60,000 nt of DNA from Malacoraja senta. Taxonomy: Eukaryota. The stretch is from NCBI GenBank assembly GCA_038087875.1, contig CM075991.1, forward strand, positions 6,946,001 to 7,006,000, read 5' to 3'. A model generated the notes under the pieces. That model made no database searches. It saw only the letters and a program-made list of their open reading frames with translations, and had not been told where the DNA came from. Shown here piece by piece: positions 36,775 through 49,620 of this stretch. The first letter of the stretch is position 1. Each line of letters opens with the position of its first letter. Both the position numbers and the translations under genes were made by a program.

Positions 36775-38005
36775 ATGCATCACAGCATGGATTGGGTACA
36801 GCTCCATCCAAGACCGCAAGAAATTGCAGAGAGTTGTGGACAAAGCACAGACCATCACGCAAACCAATCTCCATTCCATTGACTCCATCTACACTCCACT
36901 GCCTCGGCAAGGCCTCCAGCATAATCAAGGACCAGTCTCACCCCGGTCACTCCTTCTTCTCCTCTCTCCCGATTTATTTTCTAAATGGGGAGTAAATCCA
37001 GAAATCGGAGGTGCAAAGGGACTTGGGAGTGCTGGTACAGGATTCCAAAAATGTTAAAGAAAGCAAACCCAATGCTAGGATTTATTTCAAGAGGGCTTGT
37101 ATATAAAAACAGGGATGTAATGTTGAGGCTCTATAAGGCGCTGGTAAGGCTGCATTTGGAATATTGTGAGAAATTTTGGGCACCATATCTGTGGAAGGAT
37201 GTGCTGGCTCTGAAGAGGGTCCAGAGGAAGTTTACAAGAATGATCCCAGGAATGAGTAGGTTAACCTACGATGAGCGTTTGTCGGCACAGGGCCTGCACT
37301 CGCTGGACTTTAGAAGAATGAGGGGGGACCTCATTGAAACATACAGAATAGTGAAAGGCTTGGCTAGGGTAGAAGTGGAGAGGATGTTTCCACTAGTGGG
37401 AGAGTCTTGGACTAGAGATCATAGCCTCGGAATTAAAGGACGTTCTTTTAGGAAGGAGATGAGGAGAAATTTCTTTAGTCAGAGGGTGGTGAATCTGTGG
37501 AATTCTTTACCACAGAAGGCCGTGGAGGCCAAGTCAGTGAATATTTTTAAGGCAGAGATGAATAGATAGATTTGTGATTAGTACGGGTGTCTGCAGGTTC
37601 TGCGGAGAAGGCAGGAGAATGGGGTTAGGGGGGAGAGATAGATCAGCTATGATTGAATGGCGGAGTAGACTTGATGGGCCAAATGGCCTAATTCTACTCC
37701 TATCGATTATGAACGCATTAACTTTACTTACAATTTATGAGTGCGATATCATTTATGACCTTATGACCCATCAGGCAAGAAGTACAGAAGTTTGAAAATG
37801 CACACCTCCAAATTCAGGGACAGTTTCTTCCCATCAGGCAACTGAACCTCTCGCCAACCTCATTGGTGGCCTTTGAACTATCTTTAATCAGACTTTATAT
37901 TGCTAATTGCTTCATCCTTTATCTGCACACTGTGGACGGCTTGCTTGTAATCATGCATAGTTTTTTCTTTGACCGAATGGCGGTACATGTGACAGACTAA
38001 ACTAA
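36775..38005 (+). mobile_element. Rex1/Babar 3' end interrupted by CR1
   Basis: Peptide LHCLGKASSIIKDQSHPGHSFFS; resumes ccatcaggcaagaagtacag at ~37768. Confidence 0.75.
36975..37705 (+). mobile_element. CR1 LINE 3' fragment
   Basis: ORF 36985-37569: RLYKALVRLHLEYC...FFSQRVVNLWNSLP. Confidence 0.9.
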
Positions 38006-39189
38006 ACATTCCAGAATTATTTAATTACCTGAATTCAAATTCCACAAGTGCTCTGGTGAGATTCAGACTTGTGCCACAGCATGGATCACTGGCTTCTCTT
38101 CTAATAACCTAACCACTAGGCAGCTGGCCTTAAGTCAACAAATCTACTTACTCCTTGAAAAATGCCGCTGGATGTCAATCAGCACTTTCAGTCTCAGTTT
38201 AGTTCCAATGAATAGTTTGATCACCATCCCCAAATTACCATTTCGATGAAAACTAAGGCATGGACTCAAAAGCCTTATACTTCACCTCATGCCTTCAATC
38301 CTTAAAGACACCTAATGCTGATTATAATAGCCCAAGGTCCTAACCCAACATCAGAGGAACAAGCAATATTTTGGCGTACATCAACGATTCTTTTTTTAAT
38401 ACGTCTCTACATCCATTTGTTTTTTCCTCAACATTATCATATGCTTTCTGAAGATGTAGAAGGATGGTAGCATGATGCAGATCAATCCCATTCCCTCATT
38501 AATTTCTACCTCCCGTTACCTCTTTGCCCACTTCCCCGTCACCTATGCATTACTTCGCATGGGCATCCAGGGGAAACACGTTCAAAGGGTGAATGCACAA
38601 CTCCACCCAGACAGCACTGGAGATCAGGTAAACTCCAGGTGTTTGGTGCTGTGAGGCAGCATCTCTACTGCCTGCCCCACTGTGCATTGTACATTTGATA
38701 CAAAATCCTAAAAACCTCGATCAAATTACCCCTGAACTTTCAGAATTTCAGCAAATGCATGTATGGTTCATCCTCACTCTCCTCATTTCCTAAGAGCCCA
38801 ACAGCTTTCTCGTGAAAGGTCAATACATCTTTGTTAACTATGGTGTTTAAAAACTTGTGCAGCATTTCAGATTTGATCTTGCCAGTGTTTTGTTACAAAA
38901 CATACTCCCCTTAATATTCTAGCCCCATACTAGTTGCAACAGCTAACATTCCATCAGCCTTTTGATTCATGTTATGTTGTCGGGATGGGAAGGAATAATC
39001 ATTTTTGTTTTGTGCAAAATATTCCCTTAATGCTTTTGCAGTAAAGCATATATTTTTATGCCTCTAAAACTATTGATTCCTAGGAGTCTGAGTGTCTTTG
39101 TGCTCTGTCATGCAGGAGGGAAGTGGAAAATATTGTTGCTGAAGAAGGGTGTCGACCCAAAATGGCACTCATTCCTTCTCCCCAGAGAA

Positions 39190-39498
39190 GGGTGGTCATG
39201 TTGGCGCAGCGATAGAGTTGCTGCCTTTACAGCGCTTGCAGACCCGGGTTCAATCCCGACTACGGATGCTGTTTGTGCGGAGTTTGTACCTTCTCCCCGT
39301 GACCACGTGGGTTTTCTCCGAGATCTTCGGTTTCCTCCCACACTCAAGATGTACAGGCATGTAGGTAACTTGGCTTGGTGTATGCGTAAAAATTGTCCCT
39401 AGTGTGTGCAGGATACTGTTAATGTGCGGGGATTGCTGGTCAGTGCGGACTCCGTGGGCCAAAGGACCTGTTTCCTCGCTGTAGCTCTAAACTAAACT
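39190..39498 (+). mobile_element. HE1-like tRNA V-SINE
   Basis: A and B boxes, V-domain, tail. Confidence 0.9.
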
Positions 39499-39505
39499 GC
39501 TGCTC

Positions 39506-39837
39506 TCACCCCAACCACAGACTGTTTACCCTCCTCCCATCTGGGAGGCGCTACAGGTCCCTCCGTTGCCGAACCAGCAGGTTCAGGAACAGCTTCTTCC
39601 CTGCGGCTGTTACACTACTGAACTCTGCACCTCGGTGATTGCCAGTCACCCCCCCCCCCGGACACTCCTTCCCCCAGAAAAATTGCACTACTGATACTGC
39701 TGTACATATATATATATATATATATTACTGCTCATTATTCCTAAGTTCGCTCTTCTGGGTGAGATGCTAACTGCATTTTGTTGTCTCTGTACTGTACACT
39801 GCACAATGACAATTAAAAATTGAATTGAATTGAAATT
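39506..39837 (+). mobile_element. Rex1/Babar 3' end
   Basis: Encodes HPNHRLFTLLPSGRRYRSLRCRTSRFRNSFFPAAV; (AATTG)n tail. Confidence 0.85.
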
Positions 39838-40992
39838 GAGTGCCTCCAGCATTTTGTGTCTATCTTCAACGTATTTTTGTGCATTCTGCATCATCCCCTT
39901 TGCTCAGATGCTCTACCTATTGTTCGTGAGTTTGACTTGATTGTGTTTATGTGCATTGTTATCTGATCTGTTTGGATAGCATTGGATCACCAAAGCTTTT
40001 CACTGTACCTCGGTGCACTTGACAATAATAAATCTGAATCTAAAACCAATCAAATTAATTTTCATCTAATAATTTAAAGATTATTTGTATCTGATAATTT
40101 AATTTTCAGTGTTAGTTAGAACTCTAGACATCATGTTCAGAATAACAATGGCAGAAATGTCTGAGCTTTTCCAGTGGAAAATGCTGCAAGGATTATAGAT
40201 AACAAACCTGACTGCACAGCTCCTGGGAAGCTCAAAGGGACACAGGACACAAGGGGAGATATTGTTTGAGCTTCTGATGTTGTTCTGCAAATAAAGGAGC
40301 AATGCAATAATCAGGATTCTGGCCCAGCTCATGCTCAGAGTGGATTAGAGGGGACTGCTGGAGGAAAGTCTATAGAAAAGGCAGACCTCTCCCATGAAAG
40401 GGATATGACTTTGCAGTTAATAACTTTGGGCTCTCGTAATTAGAGTCAATTCTTATGTGGAAATCCCTGCCGCTGCTGTTGCATGGTCGTGCACAAGTAG
40501 ATTTTGCTGCGATTTGTTGTGCTTTGCCAATTTGCAGACAATGCTGCCTAACAGTTGTGTGAGGAAGGTTGGAACATGTCAAAACTTGTGTAAGTGTAGA
40601 AGCCAATTACAAAGCCAAATTGTGTGTTTGCCTTCGATGCAAGGATTTGGATTGTAAGGCAAATGAAGTCTTATTGCAATTACATAGAGGCTTAGTAAGA
40701 TTGTACCTTGGGCAGAGAGGATATTTTTGATCACCTTGCGCAAGGAAATATATTCTTTGCTGGGAATATACTATAGAGGTTCTTGAGATTGATTCTTGGA
40801 ATAAGTGGGAGGAGCGATTAAACAGGTTGTGCCTGTAATCCTTGATGTTCGGAAGAGTGCGGCCTCCTTAATTCACAGAACACTTTTCGAGTGATTGGAC
40901 AGGATACATTTTGTGAGATTATTTCCTTTAAATCATTGGCATAGATTACATTTTCAGCTATTGAAAACTGTAAGTAATGTCTTTGATCATTT

Positions 40993-41300
40993 GGGTGGCA
41001 CGGTGGCGTGGTGGTAAAGCTGCTGCCTTACTGTGCCAGAGACCTGGGTTTGATGCTGATTGCAGCTGCTGTCTGTGCAGTTTGTACATTCTTCCTGTGC
41101 CGGTTTTCTCCGGGTGCTCCGTTTTCCTCCCACACTCCAAAGATGTACAGGTTTGTAGGTTAATTGGCTTCGGTAAATTTGTAAATTGTTCCTAGTGTGG
41201 AGGGCAGTCTTAGCGTGCGGAGTGATCACTGGTCGACGCGGACTTGGTGGGCCGTAGGGCCTGTTTCCGGGCAATATCTCTAAAGTCTAAATTCAAGTCT
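40993..41300 (+). mobile_element. HE1-like tRNA V-SINE
   Basis: tRNA-like head, V-domain, tail. Confidence 0.88.
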
Positions 41301-41316
41301 AAATATTTTGAATTTT

Positions 41317-42663
41317 TTAAATTAAGAAATTTATCACTTTTATCTCCCATAGTTAATAACCCTTCGTTTAATCCCTCTATTATAGATAAATCTTTCACAC
41401 ACTGGGATAGACTAGGAAGTAAAACGTTCGGTGACTTGTATGAAACTGGAAAATTACTTTCATTTCAACAATTACAAATAAAATATAAACTCGGAAATAA
41501 TCAATATTTTAAATATTTTCAAATATGCGACTATTTGAAAAAATATACAAAAGATCATTATAATAGCCCAGCTGATGTATTGGATGATGCAATGCAGATA
41601 AAAGCAGAATCAGCAAACTTAATATCATATTTGTATAATATTATCTTAAATGTAGAAATACCATCTACAGAGGGTATCAGAAGAGACTGGGAACAAGAAT
41701 TAGCTATTAAAATTTCAAAGGAAAGGTGGAATGAACACTTATTAAACGTGCATAAATGTTCGATTAATGTAAGACACATTTTAATACAATTTAAAATTTT
41801 ACATAGATGATATTATTCCAAAACTAAAATCCATAAAATTTTCCCCAATGTATCATCCATTTGTGATAAATGTCAATCCCAAGAAGCTACTATAGCGCAC
41901 TCATTTGTTTTCTGTACAAAAATTCAAAAATTTTGGATTGAAATTTTTGAAATCTTTACAAAATTATTTAAAATAAAACTGATACCCAAAGCAGAATGGA
42001 TTATCTTCGGAATAACGGAAGATGGTCCAGAACTAAATGTGTTCCAAAAGAAACTAATAGACTATGGGTTAATAACTGGAAAAAAGCTAATCCTAAAATT
42101 TTGGAAAAAGGCTCCAATACCAACTATAAATATGTGGATTTCAAATATGTTCGAAACATTACACCTAGAAGAGATAAGACTCCTCCTGGCAGGTAAACCA
42201 GATCACTTCCACCTGACGTGGTCTGCATTTATAGAATTATTACAAATATAGGGTGCAAAAGTACCTTTTTAAGAAAAACTGAGGTCAGGTAAGGGGGGAT
42301 GAAAGTTGGAGAGTTGGTATGTCCCATTTGCGTGATGCTTACAAAAACTATTTGTTTTTCTCTTTTCCCTCTTTCTCTTTCTTCTTCTTTTCTAGGGTCT
42401 ATTTCTTAACTCTTTTTCTTTTGTTTTTAATTTTGTTCTTATAGGGTCTTCGTTCTTTCTTGTTGTCACATTTTCTACACTTTCACTTTTTCCTTCACTT
42501 TCTTCTTTCTTTCAATCTCATCCTTTCCCTTTACTAGTGTAAAAAACAAACGGAGTACATTAATTGTACGAAGATATATGTGACGAGTACTAGTACTAAT
42601 GTATGTGGTTGTAATGTAATGTACTTCTAATAAATAAAAAATTTAAATTAAAAAAAAGAAAAA
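41317..42663 (+). mobile_element. 5'-truncated L1-clade LINE (ORF2 C-terminus with CCHC motif, 3' UTR, A-rich tail)
   Basis: 16-bp TSD AAATATTTTGAATTTT (41301-41316 / 42664-42679); ICDKCQSQEATIAHSFVFC; in-frame TGA at 41808-41810; ORF end 42251. Confidence 0.92.
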
Positions 42664-42747
42664 AAATATTTTGAATTTTGGTATTCTCTATTCCAGATGG
42701 CTATGGATGTTCAGTCACTGGATACATACAAGACTGATATCAAGGAT

Positions 42748-42900
42748 GACAAAAATGCTGGAGAAACTCAGCGGGTGCAGCAGTTTCGGGCCGAAACGTT
42801 GCCTATTTCCTTCGCTCCATAGATGCTGCTGCACCCGCTGAGTTTCTCCAGCATTTTTGTCTACCTCCGATTTTCCAGCATCTGCAGTTCCTTCTTAAAC
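42748..42900 (+). mobile_element. 153-bp Penelope-derived fold-back mini-element
   Basis: 15-bp TSD ACTGATATCAAGGAT (42733-42747 / 42901-42915); 35-bp inverted 5' arm. Confidence 0.9.
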
Positions 42901-44629
42901 ACTGATATCAAGGATACGGGAATAGTTTGGAAAGTGGACTTTTGATGTGGATGATCAATAATGATGTTATGTTACTGTGCAGCAGGTTTCGGCATCATTC
43001 CATAGTTTCAGCTGCAGCTGGCCGTAAGGGCTTGTTGTAGCTGCCGCCTCCCTCTGGTTGTCCTGTGAACTGTTGTTCCTCTCCTTGCTGGGCCATCATC
43101 AACCTTCGTGCCCTGGGGGCGCCTCCTGCAGCCGGCCTTGAAGGCACTGTGTCTACATTTTGACCCGACACGTCTCCAGATGTGCTGCCTGACCCGCTGA
43201 GTTACTCCAGCACTTTGCATCTTTTTTTTGCAAACGGGTGTCTGCAGTTCCTTGTGTCTCCATTGCATATGTGCATATGTGCTGTGTAAAAGTGTCGGTG
43301 CTGGCAAGAGTGAGGTGATGCTAATTATCCAGTGTTGGTTCATTCTACCAAGGATCAATATGTTGGCTGAGTATTGGTATACTTTGCTGAGTCCAGTCCA
43401 GTGCATTGCGTGCAATGTTAAAAAGGGAGCATTGCACATTTAGTATTAACTACCTATGTGTGGCCGATGATGCCACTTATTTCTGAGTGGCAATCCTTTT
43501 TGCTGAGTAGCAATAGAGATTGATCTTTGGCCACCAACACTAAATGGTCAATGGAATCAAGTATTGGGAGGCAACCCTCAAAGCTTTTGCCGACTTGTGA
43601 TCACATCCTTTGATGCATCAGTATTTCTTGTTTGGTTTGCTGTCGTGGGAATAAAGGAGAGTGGAGAGCAAAGAAGAGTTTACAATGGCATCTTGACGAC
43701 ATTCCTCGAACAGTTCGATATTCAAGGAGCATTTGCCAGTGTCATTGAAACAGCCGAAATGGTGACAGTGCTTCACTTTTCCTAATCTCCCTCGGCTTTG
43801 CTGTCTCAGTCACAAGCCACAGTTGAAGGACCAAGGTTGCAAGGTGACCTTAGTCTGATCTGAGATTAACGGGAATGAAAAACAAAAAGTCAAAAAGGCC
43901 TTTTCTGTTCCCTCGACTGGATGAATGATGATTGCCTGGAATGACGTGAAAGAAGGTTTGGCAGTTTTTCAAAGCATTGAAGTCAACAAAGGTACTTTAT
44001 AGTTCCTGGAATTGACAAGCAGTTTAACATTGATCTTAAATGGCTGATACTAAGTACAAGAGATTAGTGAAGGCTGGTGAATTTTGTGCTAAAATCCACA
44101 CAGATAGATCTTTTGAAAGCAAACTTAAAAGCAAAAACTGAAACCAAAACTAAACAACACACTGACTTAAGTTCATTTTTAATATCTACTCAACTTCGCA
44201 TCCATGAGTGTAAAATATGCAACATCTGCACAGTCGATTCCTAATTAAGCATGTGATTTACTTGTATGCCAAGAGTCAGAAAAAGCCACAGGCATCCATC
44301 TTGTTTTGTAGTGTGGTGTAGGGGAGCAAAGTAATTACATTATTTATAAATGATCTGGCCTGGTAGTTCAGAAACACAAGTTCAATTCCCTTTGTGTTAG
44401 CTGTGAAATTTAACTCCGTTAATCTGAAATAAAAACTATTATTAAAGAACATGACCACAAAGCAAGTAGGTTATCAGAAAATTGGCTGAGAATTAGGCAT
44501 TGCAGTTCGTGCCAACCAGTGATCACCCATTCACACGAGTTCTATGTATCTGGCTTTTGGAATGACTACCATCACATTAGGGGAATCCTGGAGCACAATC
44601 AACATAGAAGCCCGCATGTTTTTGGGATG

Positions 44630-44831
44630 TGGAGGCCAATTCACTGGATGTTTTCAAGAGAAAGTTAGATGTAGCCCTTGGGGCTAACGGAAGCAATTGA
44701 TATGGGGAGAAAACTGGAACAGGGTACTGATTTTGGATGATCAGCCATGATCATATTGAATGGCGGTGCTAGCTTGAAGGGTCGAAAGGCCTACTCCTGC
44801 ACCTATGTTCTATGTTTCAATGTTTCTATGA
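44630..44831 (+). mobile_element. CR1 3' end inserted in an old minus-strand V-SINE
   Basis: ggatgatcagccatgatcatattgaatggcgg; (TTTCTATG)n tail. Confidence 0.8.
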
Positions 44832-46060
44832 AACCCACACCGTCACAAACTCCACACTGACTGCAACCGAGGTCAGGATCGAACTAGGATCTCTGGCGCT
44901 GTGTGGCAGCAGCTCTACCAGCTGCCCTCCTATCTATCCTGCCATCCTATCTATGAGAGCAACTACATTCTTCACTGATTTACTGCCCAACCACTGTCTG
45001 TCCATTTATCCAAGAAAGATTTGCCAAGAAGTGTTTGTCCTTGGATGAAACTCTAACTTACAACAGTGTATGTCAGCAAAAAGAAGTAGGAACCTCTTAA
45101 GCAAACTTTTTTCTTAACGGGGGACATATGGCCGGGTAGGGGTTATCGGCAGTTCAAGGGTACGAGCTCTTTCATGCAGCATGTAACATGATTCCATCCT
45201 ACTGTCCCTGGACCTTAGACTGAACCTTGAACTGGCTTAGACCAAAAATAATAGAGCTTGTCTTGAAATTAAAGTCCTCCTTTGAAACACAACTCTGAAA
45301 GGGTTGGTCTTTCTCTGTCCTTTGGCCAAAGGAAAAGAACATTTGATGTCAGTCAGAAGATAATTAGTAAATAACTAATAAAGGGATACTTATGTGAAAC
45401 TAAGAACAGAAAAATGATAAATACGTTTTAGATCAATAAACCCGAAAAATCAACTGTTGACACTTTTGTTGGGATTTAATTAGGAATGGCACAATTAAGA
45501 TGTGGTGATCTTTGTTGAGGAGATACAAACCAGATGTCAAGCTGGTTTTCTTATTCCAAAGCTGCGGAGGGTTTACCGTGTTTAAATATCTTGGTTAAAA
45601 AATACCTTGTCTATTCATAGTTGCTGTAATCAACAAGAGAACACGGCGCATTCTCTGGAGAAGAGAGGATCTATCTGACAAGTTTGCAAAAAAGAAAAAT
45701 GTGGAAAAAAACATTCTTGCTGCCAAGACAAAAATAATGGAATGGAATAATTTATTGTCACATGTGACAAGGCACAGTGGAATTCTTTGCTTGCGTACCC
45801 AAGGTATACAAATAGTCACCACACACAGCGCTGACAAAGTTACAAAGTACCCTGCCATTCCTTCTTTGTTCTCTCCCCTTCCCTCCCGCTCCCTCACGAT
45901 GGTCCCTCCATGCTGGGTCCTCCATTGTTCATTATTCTTCCCCCTCCCCCACTCACGGCGGTCCCCCCCATGCCCTCATCGACCGCCGACTGCAGTTCCT
46001 CTTACAACATTAGGGAATGCATGGGGATTTTTTTTATTCAGGCAGCAATGGAAATCTTGA

Positions 46061-46234
46061 TAGACGCAAAATGCTGCAGTAACTGAGTGGTTCAGGCAGC
46101 ATATCTGGAGAAATGGATCTCAGCCCAAAACATCACCTATTCCTTTTCTCCAGAGATGCTGCCTGACCCGCTGAGTTACTCCGGCATTTTGTGTCTCTCT
46201 TCGGTGTAAACCAGCATCTGCAGTTCCTTCTTGC
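46061..46234 (+). mobile_element. Penelope-derived fold-back mini-element
   Basis: Inverted arms; degenerate TSD gcaatggaaatcttga / gcaacaggaatcttga. Confidence 0.75.
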
Positions 46235-46454
46235 GCAACAGGAATCTTGAACTTGCTGTTACATCAACTAACTGCAGACTGATTACATAGATACGTTTGA
46301 GACGGAGCAAAATATGCACATTGGGGAAATGGCATGGAAGAACTTGTGTTAAGGTTGCATGTGGAAAGATGGGAGATGAGATTGGTAGAACATAAACACC
46401 AGAAAGAACCTCTTGGGTGAGTGAACTGCGTATATGCTATATCTACTTTTACAC

Positions 46455-46800
46455 AGCAAAAAAGTGCTGAACACTGCCCAGTCCAGCATAGGTACTAACC
46501 TCCTCATCATCGAATGGATTTGCAGGAGTCCCTGCCTCAAAGGCAGCCAGCATCATCAGAGACCCACACCACCCTACCAGTACACTCATTTCACTTCTGT
46601 CATTGGGAAGAAGATGTAGGGGCTTGGAAACTTTAATATCCAGGTTCAGGAACAGTTTGTTCCCAACGGCCATCAGGCCATTAAACACTACAACCTCCAA
46701 ACTACGGGGACTTGGGGGCATTGGTTTTGTCATTTTGAACTATTAATGTTTGTTTGTTTTTATGTGTGTGTGTTTATTGCATTATATATAAATGTGTGTG

Positions 46801-46838
<38 letters not shown>

Positions 46839-46859
46839 TATATATATACACACACACAC

Positions 46860-46906
<47 letters not shown>

Positions 46907-46915
46907 ATATATATA

Positions 46916-46953
<38 letters not shown>

Positions 46954-47092
46954 CACACACATATATATATATATATATATATTCATTTATCATGGTGTTT
47001 ACAGAGTACTATTTTAATATATTCTGTTGGCCTGCTGCAAGTAAGAATTTCATTGTTATGACTGGGACATATGACCAGAAACACTCTTGACT
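46455..47092 (+). mobile_element. Rex1/Babar 3' end with a compound microsatellite in the UTR
   Basis: aaggcagccagcatcatcagagacccacaccaccc...caggttcaggaacagtttgttccc. Confidence 0.85.
46792..46962. repeat. Palindromic compound microsatellite
   Basis: (TG)4(TA)11(CA)8(TA)5(CA)6 - (TA)n - (TG)6(TA)5(TG)8(TA)11(CA)4. Confidence 0.9.
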
Positions 47093-47206
47093 TAATATCT
47101 TGCAGCAGTCTGTAAGGAGGCACAATGTACTCATACACAGTAAACGTTTGAAGTTATCTCAGTGTAGATTCAGATATGGGAACAGTCTTCCGTGAAATAT
47201 AAATAC

Positions 47207-47660
47207 AAGGATGCTGGTTTACAGTAAAAGACACAAAGTGCTGGAGTAACTCAGTGAGTCAAGCAGCATCTCTGGAGTACATGGACGGGTGACATTTTGT
47301 AAAGTACGCCCTCTCACGACCTGGACAAGCCCCAGATCTGGCTTTCTGTGATGTGACAATGCATAACAGCTCGTAGAAACAAAAAATTGTGGAGGCTATT
47401 TTACCAAGAAAAGACACAAAGTGCTGGAGTAAGTCGGCAGGTCGGGCAACATCTCTGGAGAATATGGACAGGTGATGTTTTTGGTTGGGACCCTTCTTCA
47501 GACTGCTGAGTTCTCCAGAGAAGGTACACAAAAATGCTGGAGAAACTCAGCGGGTGCAGCAGCATCTATGGAGCGATGGAAATAGGCAACGTTTCGGGCC
47601 GAAACCCTTTGGAGATGCTGCCTGACCCGCTGAGTTACTGTAGTACTTTGTGCCTTCCTT
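47207..47660. mobile_element. Cluster of Penelope 3' UTR fragments
   Basis: Repeated gacacaaagtgctggagtaa...gcagcatctctggag and hammerhead-like cores. Confidence 0.75.
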
Positions 47661-48168
47661 GAAATATGTTCTCTTTGTTTACTATATATTTTTTTCATAG
47701 TAAATTGACTTTGAAATAATTCTATTATTTTATATTCTATAAAACTATGTTATCACAACCATTTATCTGATTCCCCTTCATTTTCCGAAATCATCATTCT
47801 TCTCTAGTAGTGTCTGCCATGTTTTGGTCTTTATATTCTGCAAAATGCTTTGGAATGCTTATATCCCATTTAGAATTGAAATTATGTCTTTCATGCAGCA
47901 CAAACTAGTGAGCGTTTTTAAAAGTGATTTCGAAATCCGAAAAGATTCCTAAATCATTTCTGGTAAAGTTATTTGGGAGATGACTAAGGTAGTCCACGAG
48001 CATTGGAGATAGATTTTGGCCAAAGTATCATGCCTATCCCAACATGAACTTCACTGAAGCAGATAATCTGTTTAAGAAAGAACTGCAGATGCTGGAAAAA
48101 TCAAAAGTAGACAAAAATGCTGGAGAAACTCAGCGGGTGAGGCAGCATCCATGGCGCGAAGGAATAGG

Positions 48169-48197
48169 TGACGTTTCGGGTCGAGACCCTTCTTCAG
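48169..48197 (-). ncRNA. Minimal type I hammerhead ribozyme motif in a Penelope 3' UTR fragment (~48070-48200)
   Basis: CUGAAGA-A-GGGUC-UC-GACCC-GAAACGUC-A: core, stem II, palindromic ACGU, GUC site. Confidence 0.7.
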
Positions 48198-49079
48198 ACT
48201 GACAGGTTTGTTATCTGGTTTGTTGTGCAATGACAGTGCATGCCAAGTGGCTCTGCACTTGACTACAATTAAATATTAGATTTAAAAAAAATCATTTTAG
48301 GCACTAATTTCAATTTTCAATTGGTTTGAATTTTCAGGATTGTACAAAATTAGGGGTACCAAATGGAGATGGGCATTTTATCAACCAAATGTCATTAAAA
48401 ACTTTATGCATTTCAATAAAGAACAGACGATAGGCATAAATCAATAATATAATTCCTACCATTGCATTCAAATAGAAGCTAATGCTAAATTCGCAAGGAA
48501 CCTGAGAATTACATATTTTTCCAGCTATCTGCACCACTCTAAAAGTTTATCTCAATTACCAATTAATTGAAAATGATGAAAGTTGTTGGTAGATCTGCAA
48601 TTGTGAAGTGGTACCAACATTTACAGATGAAAATTATATCCTGACAAACCTAACTATAAAATTTTAATTGCTCGTGATATCCTAAGTATGTAAATACAAA
48701 TTCCTTCTTTCTTTCTTTGAAGTGGTTTTCAAATAGAATGCTGCATGATATTCAAGAAGGAGGCCTAACAAGCCTTACATCATAACTGCTAATGCATCAT
48801 TTATGACTCTTGGTGTTCCTCTGCACATAGCTACCTGAAGCAGGTCTTATTAACACTTATAATTAGTGACACAATACCCAATGGTGCGGAGTCTGCTGAA
48901 CGTTAATCAAATACCAGCTGTCTTGCACCTTCTTTCTCGATTTCTACATTCTCTGTATTTCAAGCCTACGACTCAGTTGAAGAGGCACCTGCTGTTTTGG
49001 TAGAATTGAAACTTCTGGCAAGCATTTTATCTTTTGAGGAAGCAGATTATTCTATTCATGCCAATGATACAAGATACAC

Positions 49080-49620
49080 ATGAAGAGACACAAAGTAGCT
49101 CAGCAGTCCTGGCAGCATCCCTGTAGAACATAGATAGGTGACGTTTCAGGTTGGGACCCTTCTTCAGACTGATGGTGGGGGGGGTGGAGAAAGCTGTAAG
49201 AGAGGAGGGGCAGGCCAAACCGGACAGGTAATAGGTGGATGTGCAGGAAGGAACTGCAGATGCTGGTTTACACCGAAGATAGACACAAAATGCTGGAGTA
49301 ACTCAATGGGACAGGCAGCACCTCTGGAGAAAAGGAATGGATAATGTTTTGGATCGAGACCCTTCTTCAGACCGATAGGGAGGGGAGGGGGGGGTGGTTG
49401 ATAGGCAGATGGTTGGACAAAGGGCAGAAATGAAAAGCAGAAGGTGTGAGACAAAAGGATTGAGGAGTTGCGTATTGTGAGGCGAGAGGAAGAAATGTAG
49501 GTGGAAGGGGAGGTGGAAAGGGTGTAATATGTGTGTCCAAGAAAGCCATAGGAAAGAGGGGGAGTGGGGTGGGGAAAGGGACAATGTGCTTTGATGATAG
49601 TTGTCTATAAACAAATGAAA
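49080..49620 (-). mobile_element. Two tandem Penelope 3' UTR fragments
   Basis: Hammerhead-like cores at ~49139-49167 and ~49342-49370. Confidence 0.75.

Noticed and set aside
43564..43785. 73-aa ORF in unique sequence
   Set aside because: No ATG start, no recognisable domain, no convincing splice structure
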